From: Nostoc sp. DedSLP01
Lineage (GTDB): Bacteria > Cyanobacteriota > Cyanobacteriia > Cyanobacteriales > Nostocaceae
Assembly (NCBI GenBank): GCA_034530875.2
Contig: JAVRCJ020000031.1
Coordinates: forward strand, 22,406-86,405
Direction: 5' to 3'
DNA: 64,000 nucleotides
Shown: positions 31,308-41,687 of the stretch, in pieces
Numbering within the stretch: position 1 is the stretch's first letter
Layout of the letters: every line of letters begins with the position of its first letter
Notes under the pieces: model-generated
The model's database searches: none
The model's input: the letters and a program-made list of their open reading frames with translations, nothing else
What the model was told of the DNA's origin: nothing
Program-made: the position numbers and the translations under genes

Positions 31308-32792
31308 TTGCTAAAATTGGAATTAATGAATGAACAGGCGAAAGCAATACTAGTTGGTTGGTGCAGTTCAATGGATTTGCCCCAATCCCAAGATTTGACC
31401 CTCAAGTTTGAGTGGATTCAAGTTGATACTTCAACCTTATCTAATAAAGATTTTGATGTTGTTGTACTCGACATTAAAACTTTTGAAAACCTAGAGCAAG
31501 TCAAGTCTAGATACACCAATATTGGTTTACCGACAGTAGTTTTGATAGATACGATTGAGCAAGAATCTAATACCCTTAGTTGGCTGGAAGCAGGAGATGA
31601 GACGTGTCTACGCGATGCAATTTATGGGCAAATAGGTCTGCGTTTGCAGCGTGCTATATCCTACAACAAGCAAAAGCATTTATTAAACCTTGATAAGCTA
31701 ACGGGAATCGCTAGTATTCGTAAATTTAACGATTATGCGATTGAGCTTTTAAACTCTAAGGAAGATGTAGAACTTGTATGTTTGATTTACCTGGATATTG
31801 ACCGTTTCAAGTTTATTAACGACGCTTACGGTCATATTGCAGGCGATCGCATATTGGAGGCATTTGGCCAGATTCTCCAAAAGTACTCGCTAGGAGCAAC
31901 CATTGTCGCTCGTACAGGTGGTGATAAATTCGCTATTTGTATGCGTGGCAATATAGAACAGGGAAAAGCCTTTGCAGAATTTCTCAGGACTCAGATCGAG
32001 ACTTATGAATTCAAGCTGAACGAACAGTCTTACGTTCATATCACAGCTTCCTTGGGGGTAGCGCCGATGACCGGACACTCATCTATTGAGCAACTATGGC
32101 AGGAAATCAATCAATGTGTTTATGCTGCCAAGCAAAAAGGACGCAACCAAGTTGTGACCACTGAAGAATTTGATGCTATTGCAGACGCTTCTGGACAAGA
32201 CAAGCTAATCACTGATTTTGAGCATCGAATTCGCGTAACTGCGGAACGAATGATTAATGAAATGGTGCTTAAGGCAAGTCGTCTAGCTAAGAAGTACCGA
32301 GCAGAAGCAGAACGCGATGGTTTGACTGACATTTTCAATCGGCGCTATCTCGACAGATTGCTACCACGCGAAATAGAAAAGTCTCAAAAATATCAGCAAC
32401 CACTCACAATCGTACTCCTCGACTTAGATCGTTTCGGTGAAGTGAATCGAACCTACGGCTTCCCAACTGGCGATTTAGCTCTCAAAACTGCCGCAGAAAT
32501 ATTTAAAAATAACGTCAGGGCTGTGGATTGGGTTACACGGTATGGTGGAGAGGAGTTTTGTATTGTCATGTCCGATACTGGCTTGAATACAGGGTTTCAG
32601 ATAGCTGAACGAATTCGCCTAGCTCTAAGTGAGGAAATCCTCACAGCTTACAACGGTCAAAAGTTTCAGCTGACTACCAGCATTGGAGTTGTCGAATTCA
32701 TACCAGAAGATAGTCCTGTGTCTTTATTGCAGCGTGCTAGCGACAAAGTTCGAGAGGCGAAAAAGAACGGACGCAATCAAACTCGGTTCTGA
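31308..32792 (+). CDS. Diguanylate cyclase with two GGDEF domains
   Basis: DKLTG...DIDRFK...ARTGGDKF and DGLTD...DLDRFG...RAVD...RYGGEEF. Confidence 0.9.
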   Translation: MLKLELMNEQAKAILVGWCSSMDLPQSQDLTLKFEWIQVDTSTLSNKDFDVVVLDIKTFENLEQVKSRYTNIGLPTVVLIDTIEQESNTLSWLEAGDETCLRDAIYGQIGLRLQRAISYNKQKHLLNLDKLTGIASIRKFNDYAIELLNSKEDVELVCLIYLDIDRFKFINDAYGHIAGDRILEAFGQILQKYSLGATIVARTGGDKFAICMRGNIEQGKAFAEFLRTQIETYEFKLNEQSYVHITASLGVAPMTGHSSIEQLWQEINQCVYAAKQKGRNQVVTTEEFDAIADASGQDKLITDFEHRIRVTAERMINEMVLKASRLAKKYRAEAERDGLTDIFNRRYLDRLLPREIEKSQKYQQPLTIVLLDLDRFGEVNRTYGFPTGDLALKTAAEIFKNNVRAVDWVTRYGGEEFCIVMSDTGLNTGFQIAERIRLALSEEILTAYNGQKFQLTTSIGVVEFIPEDSPVSLLQRASDKVREAKKNGRNQTRF

Positions 32793-32807
32793 AGGTAATA
32801 GGGTTGA

Positions 32808-32957
32808 GCTAAGTACAGATTTGTATAAAATGGTGGGGAATTGAGGGTTCAAATTTAAACGCAAAGTACCACAGAGGTAAGCGCATAGGCGCTTCGCCTT
32901 CCCGCAGGGTAGGGACGCAGAGAGTTCGCTAGGAATTCATGAAATGCTGTACTTAGC
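32808..32957. mobile_element. 150-bp MITE-like element
   Basis: Terminal inverted repeats gctaagtacag / ctgtacttagc. Confidence 0.5.
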
Positions 32958-33009
32958 AAATTGATATCTCAAAGCGGGTAAGGAAAGCAGCGAGAGAATA
33001 TGGAGAATG

Positions 33010-33675
33010 TTACCGTTGCCATAGAGTGTCAACAGTGACAAATTCATAGCCTTGTTGGAGCAGTTGAGGAATGAGAATTTCGATTGTGGCAGCAACATCT
33101 TGTCCGCCACAAACACCATCGTGTAAGACAATTAGGGAACCATTTTTGACTTGCTGCATAACTCGCTTGACGACGGTATTCACGCCTGGGCGTACCCAGT
33201 CTTCTGGTACAACGCTCCACATCACTGGGCGGTAATTCCACTGAGAAAATAATTTTAAAGTAGCAGGTGTGAATAAACCATTGGGCGGACGGACATCCCG
33301 TACTTGTTCGGGTTGTAGATTGCAGGCATTGTAGATGGCGATTTGGGTTTTTTCTAAACTCTCCTTGAGTTCATTGGGGGAAAGCATGGGAAAAGAGCGA
33401 TGATCGTAACCATGCAATCCGATCCAGTGTTGGCGATCGCTAACTGCTTTGGCAATTTCTGGCGAACGGTTAACGCAAACGCCCAACCAAAAAAAACTCG
33501 CTTTGATATTGTAGCGGTCTAAAACTGCCAAAACTTCTGGCGTGTATTGAGGATGAGGCCCATCATCGAATGTTAAAGCGATCGCTTTGGTATGGGGATT
33601 GCCAACCCAAAGGCAATTGGGAAAACTCGGCTGAAGAATCCGGTAGAAAATTGGGAACAGAGGAGCTAGCTGCAT
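33010..33675 (-). CDS. Polysaccharide deacetylase (NodB/CE4)
   Basis: LTFDDGP, HGYDH, RPPNG, DW, VLHD. Confidence 0.93.
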   Translation of the reverse strand: MQLAPLFPIFYRILQPSFPNCLWVGNPHTKAIALTFDDGPHPQYTPEVLAVLDRYNIKASFFWLGVCVNRSPEIAKAVSDRQHWIGLHGYDHRSFPMLSPNELKESLEKTQIAIYNACNLQPEQVRDVRPPNGLFTPATLKLFSQWNYRPVMWSVVPEDWVRPGVNTVVKRVMQQVKNGSLIVLHDGVCGGQDVAATIEILIPQLLQQGYEFVTVDTLWQR

Positions 33676-33827
33676 TTTACTTTTTTTTGCTGCTGAAAAC
33701 TTTTTGTAGGTGTTGCTGGCGAAATCGCCATATTTGCGACTGACTACACCTATGTTTCCGACGATAAAGCATATTTTGTTAAATGGTGTTAATCTCCAAA
33801 ACTCGAAAAGCGAGAGTTTTTAGACTT

Positions 33828-33920
33828 ATACTAAGTTGCGTTCAGAAATAGTATTCCTATTCCCCACTCCCTACTCCCTACTCCCAGCCCAAGTTACTAT
33901 CTTTGATTGCAACTTGGTAT
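33828..33920. mobile_element. MITE-like element enclosing ctcccta heptamers
   Basis: Imperfect TIRs atactaagttgc...aatagt / actat...gcaacttggtat. Confidence 0.5.
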
Positions 33921-34023
33921 TAGTGCTTTATTTTGTAACAAAATCTGTAACAGCAATATTATTTGAGCTAACACTCGTCTAAATTGATGAGAAATCTAGG
34001 GGGAATCCCTGAATTAACGGATA

Positions 34024-34956
34024 ATGTTGCTCAAAGATATACGAGACTATCAAATTCTATTTCTCGCCTCTTTCCTAGTCTTGGGAATAGGTACGCGAGA
34101 CTGGACGCTGCGGCCAGAGTTAATTGCAGTAGCGATCGCCACAAGTCTTTCAACTCAATTGGTATTGTCATTAGTCTTCTCTTACAAAGTTCCGATCGGA
34201 GGAAACCTCCGCTCAGACTTTGCGCTTAGTCATTGGTCATTGGCAAACAACAAAGGACAAATGACAGATGACAAAAAACAAAACCTAAATCTTCGCAGTG
34301 CCTTAATTACCTCTTTGGGACTCAGCTTGCTGTTACGGGCTGACCATTGGACAACAATGGCGATCGCAGTAGCAAGTGCGATCGCCAGTAAATTTATCTT
34401 CCGATTTGGCGATAAGCATTTCTTTAATCCCGGCAATTTTGGCATTATTTCTGCCTTGATTCTCACCCGCGATGCTTGGGTTTCACCAGGACAGTGGGGT
34501 GAGGAGTGGTGGTATGGGCTAATATTTGCGGGTACTGGCGGTATGGTTTTACAACGAATTGGTCGCTGGGACACCACAGCCGCTTTTTTGGGCGCATACT
34601 CCCTGCTAGAAGCGGTTCGCAATTTCTGGCTGGGTTGGACTTGGGATGTTTATTGGCATCGATTGATGAGTGGGTCTTTACTGCTGTTTGCCTTATTTAT
34701 GATTACCGATCCGCGATCGATTCCCAATTCGCGAATTGGGCGTATAGTTTGGGCAATCTGCATCGCTGGATTAACTTTTATTCTCCGGAATTATTTCTTT
34801 ATTTCCACCGCAGTTTTTTGGGCGCTTTTCGTTCTTGCACCATTAACCGTCCTGTTGGATTTCCTGTGGTTAGCCCCGAGGTTTTCTTGGCAAAAGGTAG
34901 ATGAAGCAGCAGGGGAGAACTCTTATAACTCCTCACTCTTAACTCCTAACTCATAA
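34024..34956 (+). CDS. RnfD/NqrB-like membrane protein
   Basis: KHFFNPGNF, FMITDP; very hydrophobic; upstream of a DUF2330 gene. Confidence 0.8.
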   Translation: MLLKDIRDYQILFLASFLVLGIGTRDWTLRPELIAVAIATSLSTQLVLSLVFSYKVPIGGNLRSDFALSHWSLANNKGQMTDDKKQNLNLRSALITSLGLSLLLRADHWTTMAIAVASAIASKFIFRFGDKHFFNPGNFGIISALILTRDAWVSPGQWGEEWWYGLIFAGTGGMVLQRIGRWDTTAAFLGAYSLLEAVRNFWLGWTWDVYWHRLMSGSLLLFALFMITDPRSIPNSRIGRIVWAICIAGLTFILRNYFFISTAVFWALFVLAPLTVLLDFLWLAPRFSWQKVDEAAGENSYNSSLLTPNS

Positions 34957-34978
34957 CTTAAAAATACAGAGGTATAAA

Positions 34979-36358
34979 ATGAAATTTTTTCGACTTTTAA
35001 CGCCATTATTGTTGGCAATTGTTGTTTTTTTCTGTTTTACACCGACAGCTTGGGCATTTTGTGGATTTTATGTAGCCAAAGCCGATACAAAGCTTTATAA
35101 CAAAACGTCTCAGGTAGCGATCGCCCGGGATGGCGATCGGACTGTCCTGACAATGGCAAACGATTTTCAAGGCGAAGTTAAAGATTTTGCAATGGTTGTA
35201 CCAGTACCAACGGTACTGAAAAAAGAGCAAGTCCGCGTGGCTGAACCCAAAATTATCGAACGTTTGGATGCTTTTAGCGCGCCGCGATTAGTAGAATATT
35301 TTGACTCAGATCCTTGTGCCCCACTTGAAGAATATGACTTACCACAAGCCGCACCCAGACCATCAGCAATGAATGAGTCAGCGGGTGCGAGACGCGATGA
35401 TGCTAGCTTGGGTGTGACAGTGGAAGCGCGTTTCAACGTCGGTGAATACGACATCGTGATTCTCAGTGCTAAAGAATCTGGCGGACTGGAAACTTGGCTG
35501 CAACGCAATGGCTACAAAATTCCTAGAGGCGCGAAACAGTTACTTAAACCCTACATTCGTTCCTCAATGAAATTCTTTGTTGCGAAAGTCAACTTAGATA
35601 AATTTGAGAAATCTGGCTACCAGTTCCTTCGTCCGCTACAAATTTCTTACCAGTCACCCAAATTCATCCTGCCAATTCGTTTGGGCATGATTAATGCCAC
35701 AACAGAACAGGATTTAATTATTTACATTCTCTCCCCCGAGGGACAAACAGAAATCACTAACTACCGCACAGTGAAAATCCCCTCGGATGCCAACATTCCC
35801 TTATTTGTTAAAGATGAATTTGGTGAATTTTATAAATCTATGTTTCAAACTATCTATACAAAAGAAGACAAGAAAGTTGGCTTTTTGGAATACGCTTGGG
35901 ACATGAGTAACTGCGATCCCTGTTCTGCCGATCCCTTAACATCAGAGGAACTCAAGCAAGCAGGCGTATTTTGGCTAGATGATAATTCTGAAAGTGATGT
36001 ACCAGCACCCCCGAACTTTCGTCGTCCCTTGCCTAGAAGTAATGTCTTTATCTCTCGCTTACACGTCCGCTATACCCGTAATAAATTCCCAGAAGACCTG
36101 ATATTTCAAGAAACTGGTAATCGCGATTCCTTCCAAGGACGCTATGTTTTGCAACATCCCTTCCAAGGAGAACTCAAGTGTCAAGCGGGTAGAGAATATA
36201 AGCGTTCTTTGCCCAGACGTTTTGAACAAGAAGCGCAAACTCTAGCTAAGCTAACCAACTGGAATATCCAAGATATTCGTAACAAAATGAAGCTGAGTAC
36301 AAGTAATCTAAGATTTTCTTTGTGGGAAAATATTCTGTCTTGGTTGGGACTTTATTAA
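34979..36358 (+). CDS. DUF2330 domain exported protein
   Basis: Signal peptide then AFCGFYV, SAPRLVEY, EYAWD..CDPC. Confidence 0.85.
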   Translation: MKFFRLLTPLLLAIVVFFCFTPTAWAFCGFYVAKADTKLYNKTSQVAIARDGDRTVLTMANDFQGEVKDFAMVVPVPTVLKKEQVRVAEPKIIERLDAFSAPRLVEYFDSDPCAPLEEYDLPQAAPRPSAMNESAGARRDDASLGVTVEARFNVGEYDIVILSAKESGGLETWLQRNGYKIPRGAKQLLKPYIRSSMKFFVAKVNLDKFEKSGYQFLRPLQISYQSPKFILPIRLGMINATTEQDLIIYILSPEGQTEITNYRTVKIPSDANIPLFVKDEFGEFYKSMFQTIYTKEDKKVGFLEYAWDMSNCDPCSADPLTSEELKQAGVFWLDDNSESDVPAPPNFRRPLPRSNVFISRLHVRYTRNKFPEDLIFQETGNRDSFQGRYVLQHPFQGELKCQAGREYKRSLPRRFEQEAQTLAKLTNWNIQDIRNKMKLSTSNLRFSLWENILSWLGLY

Positions 36359-36586
36359 TAGGATTGGGTATGGGGCAAGCAAGAGGTGTGGGAGGTGTGG
36401 GAAGATGGGGAAGAAATCTTTCCCCCCTCTCCCCCCACACTTCCCCATCTCCTCATCTCCCCCCACACTCCCCACACTTCCCCATCTCCCCACTCTCTCA
36501 CCCCATATCTCGTGATGAAAGGTAATTTTCTAGGGCGTTGTTATAGGCAATACTAAGATATTCTTGCTTTGTTCCTGAAGATTGTC

Positions 36587-37237
36587 ATGTTTCAATTCGA
36601 TGAACAGCTACGCCGCTTAGTTACCGAAGCCTGTGGATACCCACCTGGAAGCCCTCAGCGTCAGAAGCTGCTCACACAAATTATTCGTTTGACAGCAAGT
36701 AGACTCTGGAGGGAAAGCACTCCCTACTATCAAGACGCGCTGCAACAAACTTGGTTGTATTTCTGCCGTAATGTTTGTGAAGGTTTGACAGGCCAAACTT
36801 ACGATCCGGCTTATGGTACTGTTATCACGTGGTTGAATGCTTACCTAAAACGTAGACTACAAGACTTTTACCTGAATCAAAACCGGGAACAAGCTACAAC
36901 TGTCCCTCTTAGGGTTCGTCAGTCTACATCTGGTGGAACAGGTGAAACCATCGATCCTGTAGATAACCTCGCGGCTACCCCCGAACCGCCTCCAATTTTG
37001 GAAGAGTTGGAGATGTGGGCAAAGACGGACTCTAATGGAGAACTACGCAGTACTTACATCAAAGGACGTCCAGATGTGAATTGTCAGCTGCTAATTCTCA
37101 AACGCCTACCCCCGGAAGTTAGCTGGAGAGAATTGTCTGAGGAGTTCGGGTTGTCAATTCCGACTTTGAGTAGTTTTTATCAGCGCCAGTGTCTACCGCG
37201 TTTGCGTAAATTCGCTGAATCGGAGGGATTGTTATAG
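36587..37237 (+). CDS. Sigma-70 (ECF-like) family protein
   Basis: YQDALQQTWLYF...YDP...VITWLNAYLKRR (region 2-like) and SWRELSEEFGLSIPTLSSFYQRQC (region 4-like HTH). Confidence 0.7.
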   Translation: MFQFDEQLRRLVTEACGYPPGSPQRQKLLTQIIRLTASRLWRESTPYYQDALQQTWLYFCRNVCEGLTGQTYDPAYGTVITWLNAYLKRRLQDFYLNQNREQATTVPLRVRQSTSGGTGETIDPVDNLAATPEPPPILEELEMWAKTDSNGELRSTYIKGRPDVNCQLLILKRLPPEVSWRELSEEFGLSIPTLSSFYQRQCLPRLRKFAESEGLL

Positions 37238-37690
37238 GAAAAGGTGGAGATATCCCATATAGGGCAATACGCTTGGTTAAAGAATTTATCTGTTCGGGCA
37301 GGCAGAGGAAGCAGAGGAAGCAGAGGAAGCAGAGGAGGCAGAGGGGGAAAAAAGCTTAACTGAACGGTATTGCCATATAGGGACAAAAAGTCTTGTTTCC
37401 CTACATATTTACAAATAATTTGGGATAATACTAATTCAAAAAATCTTGGCAACGTATCAAAAATCGATAGAGGCGCAAGGCTTTGCGCCTCTATCCAATT
37501 TATCTGTTTTATTATTTTTACAAATAAATTACATTTATTTTTTTTATTTCTTGTTGATAAATTATTGTCCGTATGCAAGCGATCGCTAGCTGAAAGCTTC
37601 AACAACACAAAGCTCAGACAAATATCGCTGTAAAAATAAAACTTAAATCTAGCTTTAATAAATAAGATTCTAAAAGCTCAGTAATGAGCT

Positions 37691-40462
37691 ATGGATGCAA
37701 ATGGTACCATTACTTTGTTAGTCCAACTACCTACAGCTAATGCTGTAGTTGGTAATTATCATCTGCCTCTTGCCAGACCCATGAGTGAAAAAATTAGGAT
37801 TGTTGGCACGAATTCTCTAAAAGTTCAAAGGCAAAAAGCAATACGTTTTTGTCTCTACTTCCTAATGGGTTTGTTATGCATTCTCAGTTCGCCTGTGCTG
37901 GCAAAAGTTCCTAGTTCTATCGATGATTCAAAGCAACTGCCAATTAAAACTACTACCTCATTGGTTGTAGCTTCTCATGCTGCATCATTAGTACAAGAAG
38001 GGAAAGTTTTATACGATGCAGGAAACTTCGCCCAGGCAATAGAAGTGTTGCAACAAGCTGTCCAGGCATATAAGCAGCAAGGGGAAGATCTGAAATTAGC
38101 AGCAACATTGAGTAATCTTTCTTTAGCCTATCAGCAGCTTGGTGCATGGAATGAGGCGCAAGAGGCAATTGCAGAGAGTTTAAATTTGCTCAAAGCTCGA
38201 GATAAAAATCAAAATCTGCAAATATTTGCCCGATCGCTAGATATTCAAGGTCGTTTGCAACTGTCAATGGGACGAGCCGAAGCGGCTTTAGCAACTTGGC
38301 AGCAGACGGAAGAAATTTATAAACAAGCAGATAATCAAAATGGTGTGGTGCGATCGCTAATTAATCAAGCGCAAGCTTGGCAAGCCCAAGGATTTTACCC
38401 CCGTGCCATTAAAACACTCGAGAAAGTAAGTCAGAACTTACAATCTCAACCAGACTCCATAGAAAAAACGGTAAGTTTGCGATCGCTCGGCGATGCTCTT
38501 TTGGTAGTTGGCGATCTTAAAAAGTCTTACGAAGTTCTACAACAAAGCCTGAAAGTTTCTCAAAACCTAAAATCAAGTGCAAATATTGGCGCAAGTCTAT
38601 TCAGCTTGGGAAATAACGCTCGCAAACAACACGATAAGCTAAATGCGATCGCTTATTATCAACAAACAGTTGCATTATCTCCCTCACCTCTGACAAAAGT
38701 CCAAGCGCAGCTCAATCAACTAAGTTTACTTATTGAAGACCAACAATGGCCAGAGGTACAAACTCTTTTACCATCCATTGAATCTCTACTCGACCAACTC
38801 CCCCTCAGCCGTGCTACTATCTATGCTCGGATTAATTATGCACAAAGTTTAACCAAAGTCAAAGATAATTATCCCCAAGTATCAAATAAAAATTCTTCTT
38901 CCCCACTCTCCACTCACCCTTCAGCACTGTTACTCGCCAGTGCCGTCGAACAAGCCCGCAGTTTAGGCGACAGGCGCGCAGAAGCTTATGCCTTGAAGAG
39001 TTTGGGCGGCTTGTACGAAGAAACTAAACAGTGGTCGGAGGCACAAAACCTAACTCTGCAAGGATTAGCTTTGGCACAAAGCTCTAATGCATCAGAAATT
39101 ATGTATATATTAGAGTGGCAGTTAGGTAGATTACTCTGGGCACAAAAAGATATTAATGGTGCGATCGCAGCTTATGATTCTGCTGTAGATACTCTCCAAT
39201 CTCTTCGCAGAGATTTAGTAGTCAGCAACGACATAGGTAATCAAGATGTACAATTCAACTTTCGGGACAGCGTAGAACCCGTTTACAGACAGTCAGTAGA
39301 ATTATTGCTGCAATCTCAACAAGGAAAACCAGACGAAAAAATACTAGAGAAAGTACGGCAGCGAATCGAAGCACTCCAACTAGCAGAATTAGACGACTTC
39401 TTCCGCGAAGCTTGTCTGCAAGGTCAAAGAGTAGCCCTTGATAATGTAGTAGACCGAGAGAATGCCAAGGCTGCAATTATCTATCCAATTATTCTGCCCC
39501 AAGAACTCCAGGTAATTGTCAAAATCCCCAAACAACCCCTACAAAATTACACTAACAAGATTTCCCAAACAAAAGTAGAAAAACTCTTAGTAGACCTGCG
39601 GAGAAATCTTGTTAATCCCACCGCTACCAAAACTGTTAAAACCCAGTCACAACAAGTTTATAACTGGTTACTCAAACCCATTGAGTCAGAATTGCAAAAA
39701 AGTGGAGTCAATACCTTAGTATTTGTTCTAGACGGTGTATTACGCAATATACCAATGTCGGCTCTCTACGATGGTCAAAAATATTTAGTTGAGAAATATG
39801 CAGTCGCTTTGAGTGTGGGTCTGCAACTCCTAGACCCAAAACCGCTGGTGGAACAGAAGTTAGTAGCCCTCACCGCAGGATTGACTCAGCCCCCGCCAGG
39901 ATTTTCTAACTTTGCACCCTTACTGGGAATCAAATCTGAATTCGACGGTATTAACAAAGCAGGAGTTTCCACAACTAGTTTGCTGGATGGGGATTTTAAG
40001 AAAAAGAATTTAGAAAGTGAAATTTCGGCTGCTTCATTCAACATCGTGCATTTAGCAACCCACGGCCAGTTTAGTTCTCGTCTTGAAGACACTTTTATTT
40101 TGGATTATGACGGTCAAATTAACGTCAAAGATTTCGATACTCTCTTTCGCAGTCAAAGTAAAAGCGTAGTAGAACTATTAGTTTTGAGTGCTTGCCAAAC
40201 AGCAACAGGAGACAGCCGTGCAGCCCTTGGTCTAGCAGGAGCAGCAGTCCGAGCAGGGGCGCGCAGTACCATCGCCTCTCTGTGGCAAATTGACGATAAA
40301 TCAACTGCGATGTTTGTGAGTGCGTTTTATCAAGAACTCAAAAGTGGCAAAATTACCAAAGCCGAAGCAGTCCACCGCGCTCAGTTAAAACTGCTGAGAC
40401 ATCCTAACTACAAAGCACCAAGCTTTTGGTCTTCCTATGTGTTAATTGGCAATTGGTTATGA
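37691..40462 (+). CDS. TPR + C-terminal CHAT protease, with N-terminal signal/TM segment
   Basis: FCLYFLMGLLCILSSPVLA, TPRs, IVHLATHGQF, LLVLSACQTA, ASLW, FWSSYVLIGNW; true start may be 37781. Confidence 0.9.
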   Translation: MDANGTITLLVQLPTANAVVGNYHLPLARPMSEKIRIVGTNSLKVQRQKAIRFCLYFLMGLLCILSSPVLAKVPSSIDDSKQLPIKTTTSLVVASHAASLVQEGKVLYDAGNFAQAIEVLQQAVQAYKQQGEDLKLAATLSNLSLAYQQLGAWNEAQEAIAESLNLLKARDKNQNLQIFARSLDIQGRLQLSMGRAEAALATWQQTEEIYKQADNQNGVVRSLINQAQAWQAQGFYPRAIKTLEKVSQNLQSQPDSIEKTVSLRSLGDALLVVGDLKKSYEVLQQSLKVSQNLKSSANIGASLFSLGNNARKQHDKLNAIAYYQQTVALSPSPLTKVQAQLNQLSLLIEDQQWPEVQTLLPSIESLLDQLPLSRATIYARINYAQSLTKVKDNYPQVSNKNSSSPLSTHPSALLLASAVEQARSLGDRRAEAYALKSLGGLYEETKQWSEAQNLTLQGLALAQSSNASEIMYILEWQLGRLLWAQKDINGAIAAYDSAVDTLQSLRRDLVVSNDIGNQDVQFNFRDSVEPVYRQSVELLLQSQQGKPDEKILEKVRQRIEALQLAELDDFFREACLQGQRVALDNVVDRENAKAAIIYPIILPQELQVIVKIPKQPLQNYTNKISQTKVEKLLVDLRRNLVNPTATKTVKTQSQQVYNWLLKPIESELQKSGVNTLVFVLDGVLRNIPMSALYDGQKYLVEKYAVALSVGLQLLDPKPLVEQKLVALTAGLTQPPPGFSNFAPLLGIKSEFDGINKAGVSTTSLLDGDFKKKNLESEISAASFNIVHLATHGQFSSRLEDTFILDYDGQINVKDFDTLFRSQSKSVVELLVLSACQTATGDSRAALGLAGAAVRAGARSTIASLWQIDDKSTAMFVSAFYQELKSGKITKAEAVHRAQLKLLRHPNYKAPSFWSSYVLIGNWL

Positions 40463-40626
40463 TGATTTAGCGCCGAAAACCGTCGCTCCAAGATTGCATA
40501 AAATCTAAATTTTTATTATTTCTAACCGCCCATCTTTAACCAACCAAAAACTTGATTGACGCTTAGTGTAAGTTCAATTTCTGATAATACAGACAAAAAA
40601 TCATCAATGTTTTTTTAGTTTAGCAA

Positions 40627-40670
40627 GATGTATGAATGGATGCGTACCCGAACGCACCCATCCATACATC
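40627..40670. terminator. Hairpin between convergent genes
   Basis: gatgtatgaatggatgcgt...acgcacccatccatacatc. Confidence 0.55.
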
Positions 40671-40714
40671 AACATAAAAACTACAACTTTGTAGTTGTAA
40701 CTCTTAATTACGAA

Positions 40715-41254
40715 TTATTTATGCACTACTACTAAAGTCCCCGTTGAAGCCCAGTTGTAAAGATTGCGAGCTTGCTTAACAGGTAAATTCACACAACCGT
40801 GGCTGACTGGAGTGCCAAAACGGTTATGCCAGTAGGCACCGTGGATGGCGTAACCTCTGTAGAAATACATTGTGTAAGGAACATCAGGAATATTGTAGCC
40901 CCGACCTCGCATCCTATGAGTGCGATACTTAGAATTAATCCGAAATCGACCTATGGGTGTGGGAGTCGATCGCTTACCGCCGGAAATTCGGTATGAATGA
41001 ACGAGTTTGTTACCTTCCCATGCACGTAAGCGTTGTTCTGACAAGTCAATTTCAATCCAGCGAGGTTGGGATATTTGGCTGATACTAGATACAGTGATGC
41101 TGTTTTCATCGACTGACGTGGCTTTAGCTGTAGTAGAGTTGGGGTTACCTGCTAACGGCGGCGACCAAGAAAAGAAAGTCGCTACCATTAGCGCCACGCC
41201 TGTACAAAAAGTTTTTGAGGAACGAATTCCACCACTGCGAATCCTGAATTGCAT
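40715..41254 (-). CDS. L,D-transpeptidase (YkuD)
   Basis: AIHGAYWH...SHGCVNL. Confidence 0.92.
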   Translation of the reverse strand: MQFRIRSGGIRSSKTFCTGVALMVATFFSWSPPLAGNPNSTTAKATSVDENSITVSSISQISQPRWIEIDLSEQRLRAWEGNKLVHSYRISGGKRSTPTPIGRFRINSKYRTHRMRGRGYNIPDVPYTMYFYRGYAIHGAYWHNRFGTPVSHGCVNLPVKQARNLYNWASTGTLVVVHK

Positions 41255-41590
41255 TATGCCTCACCTTTTAAACTAATTAGTCATTAGTCATGAGCCATTA
41301 GTCCTTAGTTAAAGGATGAGTTTTAACTAAGAAACAATGACAAAAAATCTGTAGTTTAAATACAAAATGCAAAATTTCCCCAAATTATTTGCATTTGTAA
41401 GTTCGCACAGCAATTGTCAGGATTTACGCTTATTTATTTTAGGCAAATTGTGTCATTTCCAAATGGAATAGATAGAATTTTGGACATTTATGGTACATTC
41501 TTTCAATCCAAAACGCTAAATCTAAAATTCCAAATTTGTATTTATGCCGTACTCTATATATTACTTGAAATAGAGTAATTGCGATTCCGA

Positions 41591-41622
41591 AGATTCCCAG
41601 CAATATTTGATGCTGGGAATCT
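41591..41622 (-). terminator. Hairpin downstream of the upstream L,D-transpeptidase gene
   Basis: agattcccagca...tgctgggaatct. Confidence 0.55.
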
Positions 41623-41687
41623 CTAAATTGTCTTGATTTGCAGTTATTTCTAATTTTTGCTCGATTGCTTTTTAGCTAGTTCGCTTA

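Noticed and set aside
37180..37633. ORFs between the sigma-like and CHAT genes as an anti-sigma factor
   Set aside because: Low-complexity, AT-rich and repeat-derived (gcagaggaa)n; no recognisable domain
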